64,000 bases of DNA from the NCBI RefSeq assembly GCF_964194025.1, contig NC_134472.1, forward strand, positions 868,001 through 932,000. The letters are read 5' to 3'. The notes beneath the pieces are model-generated. The model saw nothing but the letters and a program-made list of their open reading frames with translations. It made no database searches and was not told the DNA's origin. This DNA is from Convolutriloba macropyga. Lineage: Eukaryota. Position 1 is the stretch's first letter. Each line of letters begins with the position of its first letter. The translations under genes were made by a program, and so were the position numbers. Shown in pieces: positions 35,780 to 49,400 of this stretch.

Positions 35780-38420
35780 CGAAAAATGCAATTTTTTCAC
35801 AGTCACAAAAATTGCCAAATTATTATGTTAAAATCGTTTTTGTTGGCGGCCTATTGAATCCGTCTTGTAACCCATCAGCAAAACGATTAACAATCTAATT
35901 TTTCTTGGAGATCACTAAACTGAAAAAAAAACATTTCCAAAATTTTGTGAAATTCAAATTTTTAAAGCATTGCAAAACTAATATTTATATCTTCATAACC
36001 TTTCATGGTCTCCAGAAATCATCCATTTACCCAAGTTCAAGACCCCAAAAAATTTCCACGGGCCTATAAAAATCGATAAAGTTGGAACATGATAACCTTA
36101 GGGACTTTGAAAAAATTTTTAACTTTTGTCACAAAAGTAACAAAACATGCGTCATAGCAAAATGTTAATTACTATTCCATTGACCCTACCAACCAGAAAT
36201 TCCTTGGCCCCAGAGAATGGAAAAACTCAATAAATGCCAAATTTTTTTTTGAAAAAAACTCAAAATTGTTGTTTTTGTCATAACTGCTAAAAATTGAGAC
36301 ATTCGCTTGTTGGATACAACTCCATTACTATCAAACACTTTGCAGTAACATTATTCTCAAACCCTAGAGGAGGTTCTTCGATCCCAGGAGCTGGCAAACC
36401 TTAAATAAGGACAAACAATGTCAAAACAATTATCAAAAGATTGCTAACATTCTTGATTTTAAAATGTTGAAATGCATCCCATTACAGCTCGAAGCAATGT
36501 AGTCACCTATTATCGAACACAGGAAAAGGTTTTATGGCACGTAGAGCTGAAACCAATTGAAAAATGACAAAAACGTTCGAGAAATTATAAAAAATTATTA
36601 AGAACTTAGGTGCTATGTTGGAAGTAACAAAACATATAGCTAACAAAAGGTCAAAATGATTTATGTCTTGCAAAAAAACCTTTATCAACTTCTGTAATCC
36701 TCAATTTTAGACTGTTCCAACAAAAAATTCGAAAAAGTCGAACATTGCAAAGAACTGGCAAAAACTTGGGCTGAAGAACCAATAACTGCAATTACTTTAA
36801 CACTGACTTGATTAACGACTAAACGCGGCTAAGGCCTCTAACGAGAAGCAAAAAAACAATGTCGAAAATTGAGAAAATAAAATAATAAAAAAAAACTAAA
36901 CAAAATGACAGCAAATTGCAATTTTTTTCAAAGTTTCTACGTTTCTCAAAAATATTATGTTAATTTTGTCAGAAAAAAAGCAAATCATGCGTGATAGTAA
37001 AATTTTAAATACTATTCCCTTGACCCTACCAACCATGCAGCAACCTGCTATCAAAATTTAGAGGAAGCTCTCTGTCCCCCAGGGCTAGATAAACTCAAAA
37101 GACAAACTTCGAACAAAAGTTTAAAAAAACTGCCGCAATTTTTATCAAAAAAGTGCGTGAATAAAAAAAATCGCGATATTAAAAAGTTTAATACCTGTCC
37201 ATAACAACTGAAAACTGTGCAGTAATTATTATCAAATCCTAGAGGAAGTTCCTTGGCCCCAAAAACTCAATAAATAAGTATTAAATTTTTGAAAAAACTC
37301 GAATATGTTGTTTTTAAAAATTGAGACATTCGATAGTTTAGAACAACTCCATTACCACCAGACCCTTTGCCGTAAAATTGTTATCAAGCCCTAAAGGAGG
37401 TTTCTCGATCCCTGGAGCTGGCACACCTTTAATACCAACAAACAATGTCAAAAAAATTAAAGAAAATTTGCTAACAATCTTGATTCTAAAATATTGAATA
37501 CCATTCCATTACAGCTAAAGCAATGCTGTCACCTTTTACCGAAAACTGGAAGAGGTTATATGGCAAGTAGGGCTAAAAAAAATTTGAAAATTGACAAAAC
37601 ATTTAAGAAATTAGTAAAATTATTACAAACTTAGGTGCTATGTTTGAAGTACCAAAACATTTAACTAACAAAATGATCATAAAAAATTATGTAATGAGAA
37701 AAACTTTATCATTTTTTGTAATCCTCAATATAAGACTGAGGAAAACTATACTTAAATTTGAGAAACTACAATAAAAAAACTAAACAAAAAACAGAAATTT
37801 GCAAATTTTTTCAAAATCTCCAAATTTTGCAAAATTTTTATGTTGAAAATCATTTGCGCTACCTGCCTCTTCAATCTGTCTAGTGACCCATCTGCAACAC
37901 TTTTTATATATTAATTGGCCTTTGAAGATCAATAAACTAAAAAAACATTTCTGAAAATTTGAAAAATTTCAATTTTGTTAAAGTTTTGCTAAAATTGATA
38001 TTAATATTTTCAGAACCTTCCATTTTTTTAAAAATCATTCATCAATCCAAGTTCAAGTCCCCAAAGGTTTTCATTGGCGGAAAAGAACCGATAAAGTTGG
38101 AACAAGATAATTTTCAAAGCAACTAAAAAAAATTTTGAATTTTGTCATAAAAACAGGAAAACATACGTGATAGAAAAACGTTAAATGCTATTCCATTGGC
38201 TTTACCAAGAATGCAGTACTTTGCTATCACACCGAACAGTAAATTCCCTGTCTTCTCAAGCTAATCAAATTTAAAAGACAATTATTGATCAAAAATATTT
38301 GAAAAACTGCAAGTTTGTGCGAAAAATTGCTAAAATTTGTTAGATTTGAATGTTGAAAACAACTCGTTACCACTAGACACTATGCAGTAATATTTTATCA
38401 AACTCTAGAAGAAGTTCTTC
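35780..38420. repeat. A-rich block of diverged, shuffled duplications
   Basis: 36290-36715 is similar to 37316-37738, and 35950-36200 to 37965-38210. TGACCCTACCAACC occurs at 36181 and 37021. Confidence 0.8.
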
Positions 38421-38489
38421 CCAGGTAAAAGTGTTGTTCCCATTGATGGTATTCTTCACCAACGCAACAGACACAGATGATTCATTACT

Positions 38490-39900
38490 ATGACGTTATT
38501 AGCTTACTTCTGCTTTCTTAATCAATATATTCTCTTCCAGTGACACTTAGTTGCCCTCAATATATACACCATAAATTTAGCCCAAAAAGCAATCTTCAAC
38601 TTTACTTATCTCAAAATCAGCAGCATTCTCGGCTTGAAAACCAAATCAATTCATTGACCAACAATGTTCAGCCTTTCGAAGACAGCCATAGCCTGCCTAC
38701 TATCTTACTTATTGGGATATATTCAAATTATCTCAAGTAACCATCACATTTAACTTACATAAAATTTCTTCAAATGAAAAACTAAAAGAAAATGAAATTC
38801 TGATCGCATAGACAGTCTACAATAAAACTTCAGAACCAAAACTTTAAAATCTCACACGAGAACTAGCGAAGATGTGGGCTTCAAAAAATTATGGTTGCAA
38901 ATAGTATTATACTAACATGAGCGAACCTAGATCTGGCTAACATTAGATTGCAGAACTAGCAATTATAAAATACCAACTTGCACAACAAGATATCGAATCA
39001 TTAATATTGAAAATGTCACATCTCATTCGCTCACGCGCCGCAACGGACACAAGTTTTCCCATAAACCACAAACTGCCGCCAATGCCATCAAAAACACTAT
39101 AATGAACGCGCTATATGTCATTCAAAATCCCCATGCCAGTCGGGGACACAAACAGAGCACTAGTTTGGCTTCTAGAAGTCCAAAATATGCCCTTCTCGGA
39201 CGACAGAGATTACTTCAAATTAATCGACGATAACGAGCTCGAAAATTGCACTGGGTTCAAAAAATACGAAATATGCACAAAAACTATACAGAGGCAACGA
39301 AAAGCTACTTGCCTCGTACCGCTGTCAATTGGATTTTATCGAATTACCACGGACCGAAAAAGCTTGCAATTTTGGCTTTGGTCGTTGGTTAGTTACGTCG
39401 GCAAGCGACTACACAGTCTTCGAGAGCACAGTGAAAAGCAGAAATCTTTCAGCAAGTATTGAGGATACCGGATGCAGAGTTTACATAATCACTTTAGGAT
39501 TCGGAAAACAATTACGTGGACCAAACAAACAGCTAAGATCAGATATCACTGTTTTTGTTTTGGTACCGGTAACAAGACTTGAGTTCCAACTAGCCAACCC
39601 AATCAGTATTATCTTCAACCTGCTACCGCCTCTTGGGGAATTACCAAGTATCTCGTCAAGATCAGAAGCACAAAACCCAATTCTTCGTCAACGACAGCCT
39701 CAATTTCAACACACTGATTCACGGAAAATCAACACACAATCGATCCAAAAGATAGCGCAACCAATTCTGGAAAAAAATCAAGCAGTGAAGCCCAAGCTTG
39801 AAAAAAAACTGAAAGAATACATTCAGTGGTAGATGTCACTATTATTTGGATTTCTTTCTTTCCTGATAAGTGTTATTCTGCATCTCACACATTCACATTT
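38490..39900 (+). pseudogene. Degenerate envelope / class I fusion (F-like) glycoprotein of a retroelement
   Basis: The overlapping ORFs 39115-39462 and 39329-39832 join by a frameshift into a Cys-spaced ectodomain (LENCTGFKKYEIC...TCL...LPRTEKACNFGFGRWLVTS...GCRV). After an in-frame stop comes a hydrophobic TM (MSLLFGFLSFLISVILHL) and a basic tail. The 5' boundary is tentative. Confidence 0.55.
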
Positions 39901-40499
39901 TTAACATAAATTTGCAAAACTACACCGCAGGTTACGTTTCCGAATAACACACGAAGATAGAAAGATCAGAACGTAGCCAGTGTAAGTAGTTCCAACCAAT
40001 GACTTTGAATACCTACAAGAGCATCCTGAACATTCAATACATGAATCTTCACTTTTTCGCCTTTGCAAACTAAAAACAAATTTCACACCTAGAAGGACAC
40101 CGATAGCACACAAGTACATACACCGTATACGTTTTTGAGGGACATCAAACGACTGAAAACATTGCAAGAGCCCACGCTAACGGTTGAACGCATTAAGAGA
40201 CCTCCAACAGTCACTTCGCAACCAACTTACACCCATATGTCAGAATATGCACAACCAAAGGTACCAACCCATTACGTGGCCGTCCCACTCAGAACCATGG
40301 GCACCGGAACTGTCTAAAAAGAATTGAAATAAATAAAAATTGAAAATATAATTGAAAATTTCTTGAAATAAATAACGAGAAAAAATTTTTTCAACAACAT
40401 TTCAAAAACACTAACACACGAACGATTTAAAAAAATTGGACTACCAATGCCGGAAAAAACTCAAGCACTGAAATCAAAGCTTGTGAACAGACCGAAAAA

Positions 40500-41005
40500 T
40501 TACATTCCACGGAAAATGTCATTTTTGTTTTTTGGATTTCTTTCGCTCTTGATAAGTGTTTTCCTGCATCTTACATATTCACATTTTTTACACAAAAGGG
40601 CAAAACTACAACGCAGGTTGCGGTTCCGGCTAACACACGAAGAGCGAAAGATCAAAAGAAAACCTGTACAAGTAGTTGCAATAAATGACTACGAAAATCT
40701 ACAAGAGCGTCCGGAGCACGCACTATAAGAATGTTTGCTTGTTTCACCGTAGAAAACTAAGGGCAAATTCGACACGCAGCAGGAAACCAATAGCACACGT
40801 GTACGTACGCATTTTTTGTCGAATTACATCAAACGTCTGAAAAGGTCGGGAAAACCCACGCTAACGATTTTAAAACGGAACATACCTCCAACTGCATATT
40901 CCCAGTGAACTTACACTACTGTACTAGAAATTTCACAAGCAAAACTGCCCACCCATTACGGGGCGTACCCACTCAGAACCGTGAACACTGAAAGTGTCTA
41001 AAAGA
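40500..41005 (+). repeat. Second copy of the env-like TM/cytoplasmic tail
   Basis: ORF 40447-40728 (MSFLFFGFLSLLISVFLHLTYSHF...ERPEH) is homologous to 39830-40320. Confidence 0.85.
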
Positions 41006-42239
41006 ATTAAAAAATCTGCAAATAAAAAACCTGAAGTACTTTTTTTCAACAAACGTCCGAAGAGGAAAAACGCCTCAGACTGATTTAAAAAAAACGTGTC
41101 GGGCAAAAAATTAAATTCTAAAATGAAAGTGCGATATCTCAAAAATTAGAAGAGCTGCATCAATCCTCAACTCAAACTTTCAGCCCGAAAATGAATAACT
41201 CAAAAAAAGAATAGCGGTTCCTAAAGCTGCTAGTGGAACCGGGATTAATGTCATCCCTAAGTTTTTACTCAAATATTCACTAATTTCATTCTCTACAAAC
41301 AAAATTTTCTATAAAAAGACAAAAAGAAGCAGTGCCAGTATGGACAGTAATTTTGCATTTCATTTTCACCTTTCTAACACCCCCTACAATCCGAACATTT
41401 ACTTTTTTCTAACAATTATTTTCATTCAACGTTCGAAAACCATCAAACCGATACTTGTACACGACTTATGCATTTAATCACTTTGTTGTTTACCAAAAAG
41501 AAAAACGAGAAGGACAGGGGGCAATTATTTTACGAATATCCTACATTAAACCGGGTGAGTTGGATTGAAAAAAAAACTATTTCTTGTGAATTCGTTATTC
41601 ATTTATTATGCGACTGAGTTTATATCAAACTTTTGAAGGCAATTACTGCCCAACCATTAAATGACGTACCCACTCAGAACCGAAAGTGTCTAAAAAGAAA
41701 TAAAATATCTCCAAAAAAGCGAGACATTTTTCAACATTTTTTCGAACGGGAAACACTTTCGAGCCTGAAACATTTCTTTGGGACGATTAAATTTGAAAAA
41801 AAAATTAGGTGTTGGAAAACAACAAAGTGAATAACCTTCGGACTAAAAATTTAGAATAATCGTTTTCGCGCACCCCGCGGAACTCGGATTACAATCATTC
41901 CTAAGTTTTTCCTCAAAAATGCACCAATTTCAGAATTTGAAAAAAAATGAAATTGCACAAATTTTGAGAAAAACTCAAAACAAATTTCACATTGCCAATC
42001 TCAATAATCTCTTAAGCACAGCTCTGTTATCAGTTCAAGCTCCGAAGAAGTTTGCTCCTTATTAGTCTCAGTCAGACTTTAGTGTAAAAACCGTAGAAAA
42101 TAACGCGAATTACAAATTAGCAACATTTTTATTATTCCAACAAAGAAAAATAATAAGTTTCTTCAATTTCAGAATCCAAAAAAGATCAAAAAGAAAAACT
42201 TGAATTCTTAACTGAACACAAAACAGGGGATTTACTTCA

Positions 42240-43440
42240 GAAGAGGAAAATTATTTGCGAAAAGCAGCATTTTTATTTTCGGCACTTGACTGCACCTAAC
42301 AAACACCAGTAGCATCTTGCGAGATTGAAAAAAAGAAATTTCGAATCGCTGAACCAATTTATGAATTCTTAATCGAAAAACAAAACCTTTTTAAGTCCTT
42401 TAACCAATCTAATGGAACCAACGATAGTTACAGAATTCAACTTTTTTAATCAGGAACCAATTATGCAATTTAATATCCGCCAGGAACTTACGCTTAACGA
42501 AACTGTAGCCCTACACACAAGTCCTGTAAAAACTGAAAACTCTTGCCCTGTTTGATCGGAAGTTCAAAATTGCATGAACACAAATACCCAAAACGAGAAC
42601 ATTGATTTCATATTCCACACTCCAATAATCAGTGGTAGTATCCTCCGACAAACAAATCCAATCCGCAATACCCCAGAATCCCCTCTTTACGACAACATTC
42701 CCGACATACCTTTAAACTCTCCCACAATTGCAAGTTCTCCTTTTAGCCAATCCCCTTCCTCGCCATGAACAATAGCAAACCATCCCGACCACATCAATGG
42801 CAAGTCCTCTAATCTTGAATTTGTTCCCCTTGAACAGTCTGAAGAAACCATCCCATATTTCAATTTCTTACTCATTTGCTTTGTTTATGTATTTTTATAT
42901 CGATTTTGGAAATTCCTTATGTTATTTTATTTTATTTGTGGATAACCACTCTTGGAAACACCACCCATTAGGTACTTTTTGAAAAAAAATCTCCATCATA
43001 CCTCGATATCACATAATAGAATTTAACATCAAAGAATTTTTAAATGGGGAATAACTAAGATGAGCAATTTCAACCACAGCAACAAGTGATCCATCATAAA
43101 CCAGGATCAATATCGAATAGACACCGAATCCAAGTATACCCTAAAAAAGTCCCTTTCTCGAGGTACATATATTCATGGAATGACAGAAGATAGAAGCAGG
43201 GCACATCCGATGACTACATTATTGGCAACAACGCAGTCATATTCCTTTTATTAAATTTACAGAGCCCGGTTATAACCTATGAACAGTCACTTACTGTTCC
43301 TTATGGGTACGATTTTGTACTCAGCTCCCTAGAAAACGCTTCTCATATACCCTTGAATATACATATAACATCAACAATGAAAGAAATAACAATTCCCAAT
43401 AACGCCCAAAAGTATCAATCGATTCCCAGCCTCATCAAAT
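42240..43440 (+). pseudogene. Decayed orphan ORF-like module X
   Basis: Colinear diverged homologue on the minus strand at ~61680-62950; shared peptides include FRIAEPIYEF/LRMAEPAYEF and PLILNLFPLNSLKKPSHI/PLLLNFFLLSTLKKPSYI. Confidence 0.5.
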
Positions 43441-44534
43441 GAAACAAAGAGCTCTCATACAAATAAGGAAACAAAGAGAGCCAAACGCTTTTTTGACAAC
43501 AACAAAAACCGAAAATATTAAAAACAAAAATCATTGGCCTTTCTAACGAAAAAAACCATTGTCCTCTCAGCCATCCTTTTTATAAGTTCTTTGAAAAGAA
43601 TTTTTAAAATAAAATAGACAATAGGAAGCACTGCTCCTCTTTACTTTACATTTTTTATTATAGTGCTGACAGTAATCTTGTAGGGCATTTTCACTTATAT
43701 TACATCCCCTACAAGACAGAGATTTACTTTTTTCTAACAACTATTTTCATTCAACGTTCCAAAACCATCAAACCGATATTTTACACGTCTTATGCATTCA
43801 CAGCTTTTTATACCTTTTAAGGGTGACAGCTTGATAGTTTTTGGGTTTTATGATACAGAATGCATTCAAAATTACAAAACTAAAAGTCTCCTTCAAAACG
43901 GAAAACCAACAAGTTCAAGCTACTTCTATGACAACAGTTTCTTCCTACAACTTAATGCACAACATAGCCGACTAACGTCGAACTCATTGCTACAAATCGA
44001 CAGGCAAGCGGTCTACTTCCGCATTGACTGGCTAGCATAGAGTTACACCTCAAAGGAGGGAAAAGCGAGTGACCCAAAATCATCCCCTTACACAATGACT
44101 TCTAGCAGCTTCGGTGAATATTATACTTAGAGCTCTAAGAGAACTGCTGAGGGAATTTTTGCCCTCCGGGAAAGAAATCTCCTAACGGATTTGCGTTCTG
44201 TATTAAATAGATAGAAAGAGATACAGATAAGTTGAAAAAAATATCGATACCGCCCAAAAAGCTATGCATAAAACATTCGCGATAAATTAATACAGCTTGC
44301 TAAAATTTATAACGCAGAGTTCTTTTTAATGGGGACCTTTATTACATATACGAGTTCTTTGTTCTTCAAATAATGCAAATTAGACTAAAGTTTTGAAGTC
44401 CAAAGTTCATTTTATTGAATAAGGTAAATAAAATTGATCAAGCAAATCATCTAAAAACTTGTAAATGTTTTGTACATGCTCATTAACATATGAGGAGCCA
44501 GTGACGTCCTTATCTCTCTCAAATGCCCATTGTA

Positions 44535-46445
44535 AAGCGGCTTCCTTGCCTTCGTCAATCAAAATTGTCTCAACCCAAACGAACCCCTGACCCAAATGAA
44601 AAAAATGTCGTTTGGGCAACTCTCGCATTACTTTGTTAATTACCGAAAAGAAAAAACGAGAAGGACACGGGGCAATTGTTTCAAGAATATCCTACATTAA
44701 ACCGAGTGAGTTGAATCGACAAAAAACTATTTGTTTTCTCTATGGATTTATTATTCATTTTTTATGCGCCTGAATTTATATCAAACTATTAATATTCAAC
44801 CATATTTGTACTCAAATTCAAGATAATAACTCCGAGTAATCGTCACAAGGTCAGGCAATTACTGCCCACCCATAGGGTGGCGTACCCACTCAGAACCACT
44901 CACTAATTATTTTCAATCAACACCCCAAAACGATCACACCCAGATTTGTACACCTTTTATGCATTTCATTTCTTTATATTTTAAGTGAAAGAGAAAAAAG
45001 GACACGGGGAAATTGTTTTACGATTATTCTACGTCAAGCCGGGTGAGTCTGATTGTCAAAAAACTATTTGTTTTCTTTAAAAATTGTTATGCGCCTGAAC
45101 ATATGTCAAACTATAATGTTCAATCATATTTGTACTCAAAATTCACGATCTCAACTCTGAATAACAACATTCAAATGATGGGGCAATTAAATTAATCAAT
45201 ATTCACACCTGTCGTCGCTCAAAATTTGAAAACTAAAACTCACGTTAAAGATCTGAAGGATACCTTGGAGGCAGTAAAGTATACACCATTGAGTCTTCTT
45301 TGACCATTGAGGCAGTTCCCGTTTCATGTGACTTCTTAGACCTACGCACACCCCAACCTTTTTCTCAAACGGTCTCTTGTCTTTGTAAATTTATTCCTTA
45401 CTAGATTGTAAATATTCTGTAACATCTGTTCCGTAACGTTCTAAAGCAGGAGCCTTGTCTTCATCATTCCAAATTGTCTCAACACAAACGAGCCTCTGAC
45501 CCAAATGAAAAAAATGTCGTTTGGGCAACTCTCGCATTACTTTGTTAATTACCGAGAAAAAGAGAAGGACACGGGGCAATTGTTTTACGAATATCCTTTA
45601 TTAAACAGGGTGAGTTGGATTGACAAAAAACTATTTCTTTTCTCAATGAATTTATTATTTGTTTATTATGCGCCTGAATTTATATCAAACTAATAATGTT
45701 CAACCATATCTGTACTCAAACTCAGAATAATAACTCCGAGTAATCGTCACAAGGTCAGACAATTGTTGCAATTCCAATAAGTTGGCGTATCCCTTCAGAA
45801 CCATTCACTAAATATTTTCAATCAACACCCCAAAACGATCACACCCAGATTTGTACACCTTTTATGCATTTCATTTCTTTTAAGTGAAAGATAAAAAGAA
45901 GGATACGGGAAATTATTTTATTATTATCCTACGTCAAGCCGGTTAAGTCTGATTGTCAAAAAACGATTTGTTTTCTTTAAAAAATGATATGCGCCTGAAC
46001 ATATATCAAACTATAATCTATAATGTTCCACAATATTTGTACTCATACTTCACGATCTCAACTCTGAAAAAAAAACATCCAAATGATGGGGCAATTAAAT
46101 TAATCAATAATCACACCTGTCGTAGCTCAAAATATGAAAACTAAAACTCACGTTAAAGCTCTGAAGGATACCTTGGAGGCAGTAAAGTATACACAATTGA
46201 GTCTTCTTTGACCATTGACGCAGTTCCCGTTTCATCCGACTTCTTAGACCTACGCACACCCCAACCTTTTTCTCAAACGGTCTCCTGTCTTTGTGAATTT
46301 ATTCCCTACTAGATTGTAGATGTTCTGTAACATCTGTTCCTTAACGTTCTAAAGCGGCTTCCTTGCCTTCGTCATTCCAAATTGTTTCAACCCAAACAAG
46401 CCCCTGACCCAAATGAAACAAATGTCGTTTGGGCAACTCTCGCAT
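44535..46445. repeat. Nested ~0.91-kb tandem duplication inside unit 1, itself containing a ~350-bp sub-repeat
   Basis: 44535-45442 is similar to 45443-46350, with a third copy at ~55393-56293. Confidence 0.88.
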
Positions 46446-49400
46446 TTCGTAAATTGTGTGCCTCTCAGCCAGTAAATAAGGAAACCCCAGCTGCATTGTT
46501 AAAACATCAAGGGCACGGAGTGAAGGCTGACATGAAGCTCGAGACTTATTTGATATATAGAACTAAATATCACTCGGTAGCTCACTATCTTTAGCACCAT
46601 GTTTAACTCCACGAAAATCTGGGGTGTTGCTACAACTATATCCAATGTAACGGACTTGTAGCTCCCACAGGAGAAAAAAAAGTTTTTCTACAATTGTTTT
46701 TGTTATGCTATCACTCCCGCCTATTTCTATATGTGATCGTGTCCACCAAGAACCTAACTGAATCAATACATCTCTCAAATTACAATCTAAAATGAAGGAA
46801 ATTTCTCCTTTTAATGTTTCTTCCATATGAAATATCCAGTCGCCTGAGCCATACAAACATCCACAGACTGATACCTCAGTTTTTAAGTATGATTCGTCAC
46901 AATAGGCTGGCATATGATCAAAAAGCTTTCAACGTGCTTTACATCAGCAAGCGCTTCCCGTTCTCAACTGAAACAATTCACGAAACCGAAACAGAAACCA
47001 AGACTTGCTACTTGATGGGTTTTCCAAGCCATTCCAACCCATGAAGAATCCGTTTACAAAAAATGAAAAAAAAATCTGTCTATTAAAAGAACGAGCTGAA
47101 TTCTTGTTGAACAAAAATGTAAACAAGATGCCTAAATAAGAAATGCACAGCACGGTTGATTCATTGATTGTAAAATTAAATTTTATAAAACTCAGTGCAA
47201 TTGTTCATCCCCAGAAATTAATCGGAAAAGGAAATACAAAGTCCGCCCTTGAAATTTTAACGTTAGGAGGAGACCTCCTACTAGAACCACTCTACAGAAA
47301 GTACCCATAACGGGCAACTCTCAAAAATTCACTAAAATTGTAAAAAAGAATCTAGTGTTTAAATGAGGAAGTCATTTTTGATATTGACGTGTTACCAAAA
47401 ACCTAAGGACGCGAATGAACAAAAAACTGGATGAACAAAAATGACTTAACACTCGCACATCAATTGAAATTGCACGAACAGATGAACAAAAAGAAGATTT
47501 GAAGTGGTAATGACGTCATTTGGTAGTAATGAGAACCTTTACGGCAACATAAAAAGCCAAGAGAAGGCCAAAAATAAAACAGGTTATCGCTGTGCGGCTA
47601 TTAATAAAAATGTGGCTATTAAAAGAAGGAGGGCACCGTAAAACAATTTTGATGACTATAGCGTACGAAGCATAGAATATAAATCATCACTAATTTTAGC
47701 TTTCACAGCTTATTAAACCGTTTTAGGGTGACAACTTGATAGTTCTTATGACACAGAATGCATTCAAAAGTACAAAACTATAAGTCTCCTTTCAAAACGG
47801 ATTACAAACGAGTTCCAGTTACTTCTATGACAACAGTTTCTTCCTACAACTTATTGAACAACATCACCGACTAACGTCGAGGACATTGCTACTAATCGCC
47901 CGGAAAGCGGTCAACATCGGCATTGACTGGCTAGTAAAGAGGTAAGCCTCAACGGAGGGAAAAGCGAGTGACCCAAAATCATCCCTTTACACCATGACTT
48001 TTATCAGCTCCGGTGAATATTACACTTAGAGCTCTAAAAGAACTGCTGAGTGACTAGTGACTTTTTGCCCTCCGGGAATTGAATCTCTTCGCGGACTTGC
48101 GTTCCATATTAAATAGATAGGAACAGGTACAGACATGTTGAAAAAATTATCGATACTGCTCAGAAGCTATGCATAAAACTTTCGACCATTAATTGATACA
48201 ACTTGCTAAAACTTAGTACGCAGAACTCTTTCAAATAGGGACCTTTAATACATATACAAGTTCTTTGTTCTTCAACTAATGCAAATTGGACTAAAGATTT
48301 GAAGTCCAAAGTTCATTTTATTGAGTAAGGTAAACAAAACTAATCAACAAAATCATCTAAAAACTTGTAAATATATTGTACATGTTCCGTAACATCTGAC
48401 GAGCCAGGGACGTCCTTCTCTCTCTTCAATGCCCATTCTAAAGCGGCTTCCTTGCCTTCGTCAGTCAAATTTGTCTCTTTTCGTATCGAGCCGGTGACCT
48501 AAATGAAGTAAATGTCTTTTGGGCAACTGTCGCATTTTGTAAATTATCTGCTTTCCAGTCAGTAAATCAGGGGAATCCGGCTGCCATAGATGAAACAGCA
48601 TGAGCACGGAGTGATGACTGACATAAGAGTCTAGACCTATTTGGTATATAGAAAAGATTTTACTGGGTAGCTCACTAGCTTTAAGGCCACGTTTAATTAA
48701 CTCCATAAAATTCTAGGTTGTTCCTACAACTTTATCCAATGCAAAGGACGGGTAGCTCCCACAAGAGGGCAAAAGATTCTCAACAATTTTCTTTATATAA
48801 TATCACTCCCACCTATTTCTCTATGTGGCCGCGTCAAACAAGAATCTAACTGAATCATTACACTCTCCTGTTACAATCTAAAATGGAGGGAACTTCCTCA
48901 TATTGAATTCCTTTAATATTAAATATCCAGTCGCCTGAGCAATGCAAAGATTCATAGACTGATAGCTTAGTATTTAAGTAAAATTCGTCTCGATAGGCTG
49001 GCATATGATCAAAAAACTTTCTTTTCTCAACCTGCTTTACATCATTCCGCGCTTTCGAATATCTAATGGCAACTCAGGCCAATCGTTTTTACCAACTATT
49101 GATCACCAACTAACTTAGCCCTCGACTGATGCCCACTCTTCATTCCACGACCTTCCACCCATGGAACTTCTTTCTGTCAAAGATCTTCTTACCAATCCCT
49201 CTCTGGCTAATCGTGCTTAAATTTAATTATAACACCCAGTATGTCGTCTCTGTCGGATACGCCTAAAGAAGGCCATATTAAAACCTTTGCAGAAAAAAAC
49301 AAAATCCTTAAAACCATAAACAAATCGATACTTTCGGGTTGTGTTGATAGAAGAGTTGACAACTTTAACCCAGTAAACTGTCTCGCCATAACACGTCCCT

